Of a stretch of 36,395 nt of DNA, positions 1-7,095 are shown one piece after another. The translations under genes and the position numbers were made by a program. Each line of letters opens with the position of its first letter. Positions within the stretch are counted from its first letter, which is position 1. The notes under the pieces were generated by a model that was given only the letters and a program-made list of their open reading frames with translations, made no database searches and was not told the DNA's origin. Origin of the DNA: a virus. Location of the stretch: positions 1-36,395 of IMG/VR virus record IMGVR_UViG_3300038701_002087. One strand, written 5' to 3'.

Positions 1-127
1 CTCCTTATGATTTGATCATCACAAAAACTGGCTCTGGAATGAATACAGAATATAAAGTTACGCCAGGTCGGGATGACAAACCACTTGATGAAAAACTTAC
101 AAAAGAAATTGAAGGAATGAAATCAAT
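1..127. repeat. Terminal direct repeat, copy 1. Identical to 36269..36395. Either a circular-assembly overlap or a short terminal redundancy.
   Basis: Base-by-base comparison: the first 127 nt equal the last 127 nt of the window. Confidence 0.95.
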
Positions 128-200
128 TGAAGATTATGTAAAAGAGCAAATACAGAATCCAAATGCCACCGAAGAAGAGCTTGATAAAAAAAAACAATAG
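1..200 (+). CDS. 3' part of the same gp32-like SSB gene. 1..127 duplicates 36269..36395. Stop TAG at 198-200.
   Basis: Open frame from the window edge, in phase with 35917..36395. Ends ...EEELDKKKQ* immediately after an A9 tract. Confidence 0.5.
   Translation, partial: PYDLIITKTGSGMNTEYKVTPGRDDKPLDEKLTKEIEGMKSIEDYVKEQIQNPNATEEELDKKKQ
186..194 (+). other. A9 homopolymer, a candidate -1 frameshift or transcriptional slippage site.
   Basis: Zero-frame codons are GAT AAA AAA AAA CAA TAG. The -1 frame has TAA at 185-187 and is then open from 188 to 544. Confidence 0.45.
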
Positions 201-544
201 AAGTTTTTGAGCAAGTTTTCTGGAGGCCAGAAAGATCAATTGTATATTCCGTAAAATCAAAAACTGATCAAAGTAAAATCTATGAAGTTACTGTTTTTGA
301 AAAAAAAGTTATCAATTGCTCTTGTAAAGGCTGGCAATTTAATAGGTCTTGCAAACACTCAAAACAAATTCGCTATGAAAAACTTACTCAGTCACCCCAA
401 GATAAACAAATTGAAAGAGCTGAGGCTCAAAAATACGGTAGGCAGGTAGCTGAGCATGTCAGTAAAAACCCTGCCTACCGTTCAGTTAAAGAAAGAATAG
501 AAGAAAATGAAGAACTAAAAGAGTTCATGCAAGTTGTAACCTAA
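188..544 (+). CDS. SWIM zinc-finger protein frame with no ATG, GTG or TTG start before the domain.
   Basis: Translation ...SIVYSVKSKTDQSKIYEVTVFEKKVINCSCKGWQFNRSCKHSKQI... contains CxC-x9-CxH (nt 317-358), the SWIM signature. The frame is 118 codons long and is missing from the ORF track because it has no start codon. Confidence 0.55.
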   Translation, partial: KKTIEVFEQVFWRPERSIVYSVKSKTDQSKIYEVTVFEKKVINCSCKGWQFNRSCKHSKQIRYEKLTQSPQDKQIERAEAQKYGRQVAEHVSKNPAYRSVKERIEENEELKEFMQVVT

Positions 545-554
545 TTCAAAATCA

Positions 555-953
555 ATGCTATCAGAACTTAAAGAGCAACGTATGGTGGTTAACTGGTGCC
601 TTGAAAGAGGGATACGAGTAAGTGCCACAGCTCAGAATACCTTTACTAATTCATGGAAAGCAATCAATCAGAATATGACTGCTGGAGTAGTGAGGGGGGT
701 ACCTGACTTAATTATAATCATACCTCCCAAGTATCGCACTAACAAAGAATACAAGACTGTATTCATTGAAATGAAAAAAGAAAAGGGTGGGGTTGTGTCC
801 AAAGAGCAGAAGGAGTGGATACATGACTTGGACAATTCAACTGGCGTGTCAGCTTCTGTTTGTAGGGGGCACAAAGAAGCTCAAGAATATTTGTTTACAT
901 TTCTTCAAGAAGAACCTCCAGAGGACACATCATTTATAGATAACTTAATTTAA
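555..953 (+). CDS. VRR-NUC family (PD-(D/E)xK) nuclease.
   Basis: GVPDLIIII ... FIEMKKEKGGVVSKEQKEW matches the G-x-PD / E-x-K / Q-x-x-W core typical of VRR-NUC domains. Confidence 0.7.
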   Translation: MLSELKEQRMVVNWCLERGIRVSATAQNTFTNSWKAINQNMTAGVVRGVPDLIIIIPPKYRTNKEYKTVFIEMKKEKGGVVSKEQKEWIHDLDNSTGVSASVCRGHKEAQEYLFTFLQEEPPEDTSFIDNLI

Positions 954-954
954 A

Positions 955-1161
955 ATGCAAATCGATCTTAAAGCTTCCATTGAAAAAACAAATGGAAGGA
1001 TTACACAAAAATTCCTAGGTCAAACATTGGGCAGGCCTAAGCAAACAATATACAACTGGGTAAAGAATAATATCATCCCAAGAGATGCTAACATTAGATT
1101 GATTGGTATCTTTAGAGAGAATGGTGTAGAGCCAGAGTTTGTGGGCCCAACCATAAAATAA
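955..1161 (+). CDS. Small helix-turn-helix DNA-binding protein, a putative regulator.
   Basis: ITQKFLGQTLGRPKQTIYNWVKN looks like an HTH. The gene is tightly packed after the previous stop. Confidence 0.45.
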   Translation: MQIDLKASIEKTNGRITQKFLGQTLGRPKQTIYNWVKNNIIPRDANIRLIGIFRENGVEPEFVGPTIK

Positions 1162-1178
1162 TTTTTTAAAAACAATTA

Positions 1179-1400
1179 ATGATCGAAGAAATAAAAACAG
1201 CTATAATTATACTGATCATCTTTGTAATTATATTGGGTGTCTCAAACATAATAATGAAAGAGGCAGAAGACACCAAAAAGCAAAGAGAAAGAGAGATTCT
1301 TTATAGAAGTGATATGAAAAATTTGAGAAAAAATAATTCTCCTCATGCCTACAATAAATACCCCGCCTACAAAAGAACTAAAAAGAAGAAGGTATCCTAA
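1179..1400 (+). CDS. Small membrane protein with an N-terminal TM segment and a basic tail.
   Basis: Hydrophobic segment AIIILIIFVIILGVSNIIM followed by a Lys/Arg-rich tail. Confidence 0.4.
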   Translation: MIEEIKTAIIILIIFVIILGVSNIIMKEAEDTKKQREREILYRSDMKNLRKNNSPHAYNKYPAYKRTKKKKVS

Positions 1401-1409
1401 AAAAATTCC

Positions 1410-1583
1410 ATGAAAAAGAGACTTTCATATTTGGTCCTTGGCAGCTTTGGACTCCTATTTATCCTTATAATTTTTTTTGAAAATACAATAGATAATGTTG
1501 AGTTGCTGGAAGATATTTCAAACACTGTTGCATTAATATTTTTCCTGTCATCAATTTCACTTGCAGTTAAGAATTTAAAATAA
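1410..1583 (+). CDS. Small membrane protein, 57 aa. Below the ORF-track cutoff.
   Basis: Hand translation gives MKKRLSYLVLGSFGLLFILIIFFENTIDNVELLEDISNTVALIFFLSSISLAVKNLK*, with two hydrophobic segments. Confidence 0.35.
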   Translation: MKKRLSYLVLGSFGLLFILIIFFENTIDNVELLEDISNTVALIFFLSSISLAVKNLK

Positions 1584-1595
1584 AATCTTTTACCT

Positions 1596-1642
1596 GAAAA
1601 AGCCCACCCTCCTTATATCGATAGAGTGCGCTTTTTTGTTTT
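1596..1642 (+). terminator. Putative intrinsic terminator closing the plus-strand arm.
   Basis: An imperfect GC-containing stem (aaaagcccaccctc ... gagtgcgc) is followed by TTTTTTGTTTT. It sits at the convergence of the two arms. Confidence 0.4.
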
Positions 1643-1740
1643 ACTCTGATTTTATACACAGTCATTATCCAATGTCCTGAGTTTTTTAAATCAGCTCTTC
1701 TATTTTAATTTACTATAAAAATAAATTTATGCAAGACTAA

Positions 1741-1774
1741 AATACGTCTGAAGATTCGAGTCAGAAGACGTATT
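1741..1774 (-). terminator. Hairpin in the convergent intergenic region, a possible minus-strand terminator.
   Basis: aatacgtct (1741-1749) pairs with agacgtatt (1766-1774). Only a short T run follows on the minus strand. Confidence 0.25.
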
Positions 1775-1888
1775 CTAGTTAAGTCACATGTTTCTAGAGC
1801 AATATGATTTTATCATGTTGATAATCAAGTTACAAGTCTCGCCAACAGAAAGGCAACGCTCATCAAAAAAATTATCACACAGATTAGC

Positions 1889-2173
1889 CTAAACAGTTTT
1901 ATTTTTATTAATGATGGTCTTACCACCAGAATAAACTCCCGCTGCTGTAAGGCCTACTAGCAGGCCAGATTCTAACGCGGCATAAGTAAAACCTTTTGAA
2001 TAGGCAAAACTTAATATCATTGCTACAAACACCGCAAGGAATGGTGTTATTTTCTTTAAGACTTTAAAGAGCTTTTTATTTGTTACTGGTGGCAGCATGC
2101 TTTTGTATATTTGAGTCACACCCATTGTAAGGCTAACCATCATTACAAGCTCAGGGGTTAAATTTAAATTCAT
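1889..2173 (-). CDS. Holin candidate, a 94-aa multi-TM protein.
   Basis: Two to three hydrophobic segments and a charged C-terminus. It is the last gene of the lysis cassette, next to the endolysin. Confidence 0.5.
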   Translation of the reverse strand: MNLNLTPELVMMVSLTMGVTQIYKSMLPPVTNKKLFKVLKKITPFLAVFVAMILSFAYSKGFTYAALESGLLVGLTAAGVYSGGKTIINKNKTV

Positions 2174-2184
2174 TTTTTTGTGGG

Positions 2185-2460
2185 TTATTTTTTTACATCA
2201 CACTTCTTCCTAACAAGATTTCTTAATGTGTCAGTATTCCTTTTAATATATTCATTTTGATTAACAATGTTTTTCATTATCTTTTCATATATCTCTTTTC
2301 TCTCTTCAGTCCATTGCTTTCTTTCTTCCTCTCCTGATTTATAATGCTCTATTCGTTCCTTCCTTGATTCTTTAGTTAAATTGTAGGCAAACCATATCAT
2401 AGCCCCTGCCATAGGTACTTCAGATAAAATTTGAGAAAGGTCAAGGTTCATTAAATCCAT
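2185..2460 (-). CDS. Lysis-cassette membrane protein with BhlA/UviB-holin-like architecture.
   Basis: N-terminal TM (VPMAGAMIWFAYNL) followed directly by KESRKER and a long charged helix. It lies between the endolysin and the holin candidate. Confidence 0.4.
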   Translation of the reverse strand: MDLMNLDLSQILSEVPMAGAMIWFAYNLTKESRKERIEHYKSGEEERKQWTEERKEIYEKIMKNIVNQNEYIKRNTDTLRNLVRKKCDVKK

Positions 2461-2461
2461 T

Positions 2462-3070
2462 CTATTTTTTATCTAAATATTCATTGAATCGCTTCAGCAT
2501 CACAAAGACTTCTCCACGGCTAGCTACTTTGTCTGTGTCTTCTCCATTGCTAACTCCAGCCTCCTTAACAAATTCAACTGCTACCGCAAGTTCCTTTTCA
2601 TACTCTGTCGGCTCAACTGGCTTTGGCTCATTGATTGTTTCAAGTAGGGCATAGCCAGAAATTTCATTTATATTCTTCACTACGAAATCACCTTTAAGCG
2701 GATCCATTACTTTAATTTCACCTGAGTCATTCACCCCCTCAAGAGTAACCCAATGTCTAGGGTTGTATCTTAATTCAATGATCATCTTTTCTGAATGCTC
2801 CTCCAAGACTTTCTTGCTTGGAGTTCCATACTTACGAGCAGCCCTAAGATTGATACGGTCTAATGAAGACCAGTAAAGCATCCCTTGATTATTGAACAGT
2901 AAAGTTTTAGCCAGCTTTCCAGGCTCAATAACTTCATTATTCAACAAGAAGTTAATTCTTGCAATTGATGTAATTGTGCACCCCCAACTTTTAATTGTGT
3001 AAGGAGTTTGTCCTAATGTCTCTCGTCCCCATCGTGAATCGAGTTGACTAAAAATTGCTTGATCGTCCAT
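2462..3070 (-). CDS. Endolysin candidate, a papain-fold cysteine peptidase (C39-like / CHAP / NlpC-P60-like).
   Basis: SQLDSRWGRETLG...SWGCTITSIA (candidate catalytic Cys) and RHWVTL (candidate His). Position is adjacent to the holin-like genes. Confidence 0.55.
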   Translation of the reverse strand: MDDQAIFSQLDSRWGRETLGQTPYTIKSWGCTITSIARINFLLNNEVIEPGKLAKTLLFNNQGMLYWSSLDRINLRAARKYGTPSKKVLEEHSEKMIIELRYNPRHWVTLEGVNDSGEIKVMDPLKGDFVVKNINEISGYALLETINEPKPVEPTEYEKELAVAVEFVKEAGVSNGEDTDKVASRGEVFVMLKRFNEYLDKK

Positions 3071-3083
3071 AGTTTTTTAATTA

Positions 3084-5063
3084 TTAAATTCTATAAAATG
3101 TACAATTTACTGAACCACCAGCTGGTGACCCAGAACCAGAAAAAGAAATTGAAACAGAGGTTGAGAATGTAATGGATGCTGTTCCGCTACCTCCACTGTG
3201 ATAAGTTGAAATTTGTGTCGTTCCCCATTTCATAAGTGTGGCTGACCCCCTAATTGAATAACTTGATTCCTGAGGCGTTGAGAGTTTAACCACAACCATG
3301 TTGGCATCCTCTGGAACTTGGAAAGTAATACTACCAGGAATAGAGTCTGGCCCTCTTGCTTCTGTAGCAGCCAAAAAGCAAGGGCCCTTTCTTACAAGTA
3401 ACTTAGTTGTTGTTATAGCATTGCCCACTTCACAAAGATTAGAACTGGGGCTAGACAAGAGTGTCCCATTGCTATGAAGGAAGTACGCCTTACCAGCAAC
3501 GAATGGCGCACCTGAATCATAGAGAGTATCATTACCTCCTATTACAGGGTGTTCATCATTTAGTACGCCTGTTGCTGAAGCAAATCCTATGAAGCCATTT
3601 GCGAATATTCCATTAGAGCTATCAACCTTGTATAGCTTTCCATCCATTCCTATGTAAACTAAGTTATCTATATAGGGTTTATTTGATCCGTTATTCTTTG
3701 AGTTCCATCTATGCTCAGTTGCATTTGCACATTTTAAAATGAAACCATAATTAATTAATCTGTAACTTTCCCCATATCTTAAATCATCACAATTGAAAGT
3801 TATGTATCCAGTTGCATTGCCAGCTACTACATTTGACATTGCAAGGCTAGAATGATCAGGGGCGGTATCATAAGTAACAGTTGCTGAGGTCCAAGATTCA
3901 TTGATAGGTCTTAGGTCATGATCACCAGCTCCTGAAGAAGTTCCTCTATAAATATTAAAATCAAAAGAAACAATCTGTTTTACATCAGCAGCAGTTACCC
4001 CTATATCACTAAGTAAACTTGTAAATTGAAACATACCATATCTAGGATCACCATTGTCTGTATAGATATAAATTTCACCATTGTAATTGGTTGCACCAGA
4101 AGAGCCATTCACATAGGTATCATTAGTGGGTTCATATTGATTAGCCCCCAAGTCAACCATCTTGAGATAGCCAACAGGATCACCTGCTGTAATAGCCTCT
4201 CCATAAACACCGCCAACACCATAATTCACCACACCCCCATCAATATGCTTTACAGACAATGTTCTTGTTTCTGTACTTTCAAATATCTCACCTGCAGCTG
4301 CAGCAGCTTGTGATTTCTCACTAAGACTGACTCCGCCAACTGCTATTTTTGTTTCAACTCCATTGTCATCTAAAACATAATAACCATCAGCTTTAGGATA
4401 AAGCCTCCACCTTCCAGTTGTGGGAGTGGGGGGAGTTATACCATTCTCAGGCTGATCAATCAATCCATCCACTATTTTTAATGTATCAATATCAATTCCA
4501 TTGTCAGTTGTCTTCTCAACAATATTATCTACCTGTAAAGTATCAATATTATTGATACTGATGGTATTTCTTGAGTCAGTTATATCACCCTCTTCAACTG
4601 TAGCTCCTTGAACAACATCTGCTAGACGATACCAAAAATAAGCATCAGCTGTTTGTGAGTCTATTTCAGAATCATCCATTGGATTGGCATCAACGCCTTC
4701 AACATGGATAATAGTAAAAACACCAGTACCATCTTGAGGATTTGCATTACCATCCTGAACATTAGCCTTTGGTATTGCCGCTATTACTGAACCAACATTG
4801 CCATTTGTACCAGTAATGGTCACTACTTTTTCACTTGTATTTTCACAAAAAACTTTAAATGTTTTTGTATCAACTGTTCTTTCGACCTCTATTAATACAA
4901 CACCAGCAGAGATATCAACTGTATTGTCGGCAGGGTCTTGTGGAGTAATTTCTAAATGATTAGAAACAAGTACTCCTGTACTTAAATTTTCAGAAAACCA
5001 CTGATTTACATCATATTCTTGTACTTCATTTTCGCCGTTGAGTAAACAAATTCTTTCTGCCAT
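3084..5063 (-). CDS. Tail fibre or receptor-binding protein.
   Basis: 659 aa, Gly/Ser/Thr/Asn-rich and beta-rich. It is the last structural gene before the lysis cassette. Confidence 0.5.
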   Translation of the reverse strand: MAERICLLNGENEVQEYDVNQWFSENLSTGVLVSNHLEITPQDPADNTVDISAGVVLIEVERTVDTKTFKVFCENTSEKVVTITGTNGNVGSVIAAIPKANVQDGNANPQDGTGVFTIIHVEGVDANPMDDSEIDSQTADAYFWYRLADVVQGATVEEGDITDSRNTISINNIDTLQVDNIVEKTTDNGIDIDTLKIVDGLIDQPENGITPPTPTTGRWRLYPKADGYYVLDDNGVETKIAVGGVSLSEKSQAAAAAGEIFESTETRTLSVKHIDGGVVNYGVGGVYGEAITAGDPVGYLKMVDLGANQYEPTNDTYVNGSSGATNYNGEIYIYTDNGDPRYGMFQFTSLLSDIGVTAADVKQIVSFDFNIYRGTSSGAGDHDLRPINESWTSATVTYDTAPDHSSLAMSNVVAGNATGYITFNCDDLRYGESYRLINYGFILKCANATEHRWNSKNNGSNKPYIDNLVYIGMDGKLYKVDSSNGIFANGFIGFASATGVLNDEHPVIGGNDTLYDSGAPFVAGKAYFLHSNGTLLSSPSSNLCEVGNAITTTKLLVRKGPCFLAATEARGPDSIPGSITFQVPEDANMVVVKLSTPQESSYSIRGSATLMKWGTTQISTYHSGGSGTASITFSTSVSISFSGSGSPAGGSVNCTFYRI

Positions 5064-5094
5064 AGTATCCTAATTATACATTAAATAAAAAATA

Positions 5095-6198
5095 TTAGCT
5101 AATCTCTAATTCAGCAACTTTATCCTTAAGCTCAACAATATCATCAATAAGATTCTTTTCCTCTACTGCCGTCTTTGCAAATTCTATATTCACTTCTAGG
5201 CTGTTTGCAGTTGTTTTATTATTGATTTTAACAACCTTAAAAACATCATCAACTGATAGCAAGTCTGACCCTGTATTTATAAACACGGGGACAGTATCGC
5301 CAATATCAATATCTTTAAAAGTTAACTTACTTGTATTTGGAGTAATCTTATTGAAGGTAGCACTCTCTTTATGGAGCTCAAGATAATTAGTCACTTGTGT
5401 TGAAAGCCCAGCAACGGCAGTAGTATTGAATGATTCAATTGACTCTATCCTACCTCTTGCATTTATACTGGTCGCATCTGTATCAGATGAGAAATCAGAA
5501 CTACTTTTACCAAGTACAGCATTTGATAAATCAGAAGAATCAACAGTAATTAAAGCTGCTCTAATTGAGTTCTCAGGTGAATTGTCTATGTCATATCTGA
5601 AATCCATGTATTCATCTGTCTCTGGTATAGTTCGATTGATTCCAATACTATCTTTTAATTGTAACTTCCTGTCTTTAACTTGCCACTCTCCATTGACCGC
5701 CACTGATAAATCCTTAAGTATCTTCAAGAAATTCTCACCCCTCTTATACTCTTTGTCTACAGCAGTTGTTAATATATCCTCTGTGTCTAGGGTAATGCCC
5801 ATGTCATCAAGTGCATTTAATTGAGTGAGTATATTAGAAAGAGTGACATCTACATTCTCAGCTGTGGCTGTGTAGTCAGATGCAAAAAGAATCCTTCTTT
5901 CAAACAGATAGCCGAAGTCGCTAAATAGAACTTCGACTCCTTCAAAGTCTGCTTGATACCCTCTAATGACACCTTCAAAAATTTTATATTCAATGTCTTC
6001 TGGTTGTTCATAAATATCTATCCTATTAAATTCTTGAAGGTTTTCCTTAGAGGCACTTGGATGATCGTATCTAATAAAGAAAGAACCATTCCATTTTTTG
6101 TTTATGGTTTTAGAATAATTTAAATCTCTAGGATTAATTATTTGAGTTAATACTGCGCCATCATCATTACCCCTAATTTTGACTATATATTGAAACAT
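5095..6198 (-). CDS. Tail tip / baseplate hub-like structural protein (Tal-position).
   Basis: Called on position only: second gene after the tape measure, with a coiled-coil C-terminus. Confidence 0.35.
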   Translation of the reverse strand: MFQYIVKIRGNDDGAVLTQIINPRDLNYSKTINKKWNGSFFIRYDHPSASKENLQEFNRIDIYEQPEDIEYKIFEGVIRGYQADFEGVEVLFSDFGYLFERRILFASDYTATAENVDVTLSNILTQLNALDDMGITLDTEDILTTAVDKEYKRGENFLKILKDLSVAVNGEWQVKDRKLQLKDSIGINRTIPETDEYMDFRYDIDNSPENSIRAALITVDSSDLSNAVLGKSSSDFSSDTDATSINARGRIESIESFNTTAVAGLSTQVTNYLELHKESATFNKITPNTSKLTFKDIDIGDTVPVFINTGSDLLSVDDVFKVVKINNKTTANSLEVNIEFAKTAVEEKNLIDDIVELKDKVAELEIS

Positions 6199-6204
6199 TG
6201 CTTT

Positions 6205-7095
6205 TTATATAAATGTATCTGGCCATTCGAAGAGGACATCCACACATAAGCCGTCACCAAGCCTTTGCAAATCATCCCTAACAATAAATGTATTATTTCC
6301 TGGATAAGCATACTGGAAGATAGAGCCATTAATCCTATCACCACTAACACTAACATCATTAAGAGTGATTGAACTATTTCCTGTGTCTATCACCAAAACA
6401 TCCCCCTCCTGCATTTCAGTCTGTATACCAATATAATTATCATTAACAGTATTGATCAATCTCATATTCGGGCCACTAAGATGGTTAGCTGTGATTGTAG
6501 TTTTTAATGGTGAAGGCCAATTACCAGCATTGATAGTGTTGGCAACATATCCATAAGTATCAAAAGCAACAGGGAAGGTAGTTGGAAAAGATATACCACC
6601 ATAGAAACCTTCGACATGTACTAACTCATTCTGAGTTAAAGTTTGATAATATGAATTCTCAGATATCAGCTGTGCTTGCCAATCAGTTATCATCACATTG
6701 CCAAGTTCTTGTTGTAGATAACTAGGCATATTCAATATTTTTGCAGGGATGACATAGTCGACACCATCATCACCAAGGAATTCGAAATCATAAACCCCTT
6801 TATTGTTAGGTCCAGGGAAAGCTTCAACAGCAAATGTTGAAGCTATGATCTGTCTATAGACTTCTCTTTCCTGTCTACTGTTTGCTATGATCCTACCTTG
6901 AATATTTATTATTCTACCTCTAGCAAAAGTTGGGCTCACCTCTATCCCATGGGTACCTTGTCTATTGTTTTGATCATCAGAAGTTACAACATCGGCCCAC
7001 TGACAAGCAGTGATAACAATCCCTTGTCCATTTGGCCTATCAAATTCATCATCTGAAAAACTCTGCCCACGATATTTAAAGTTTTTTCCAATCAT
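6205..7095 (-). CDS. Distal tail protein (Dit-position).
   Basis: Starts immediately after the tape-measure stop, which is the canonical siphovirus order. Confidence 0.45.
   Translation of the reverse strand: MIGKNFKYRGQSFSDDEFDRPNGQGIVITACQWADVVTSDDQNNRQGTHGIEVSPTFARGRIINIQGRIIANSRQEREVYRQIIASTFAVEAFPGPNNKGVYDFEFLGDDGVDYVIPAKILNMPSYLQQELGNVMITDWQAQLISENSYYQTLTQNELVHVEGFYGGISFPTTFPVAFDTYGYVANTINAGNWPSPLKTTITANHLSGPNMRLINTVNDNYIGIQTEMQEGDVLVIDTGNSSITLNDVSVSGDRINGSIFQYAYPGNNTFIVRDDLQRLGDGLCVDVLFEWPDTFI

Noticed and set aside
1738-1776. tRNA-like fragment. TTCGAG sits in a hairpin loop within the convergent intergenic region.
   Set aside because: The loop is 9 nt rather than a 7-nt T-loop. No D-arm or anticodon arm can be drawn. 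It is a single coaxial hairpin.
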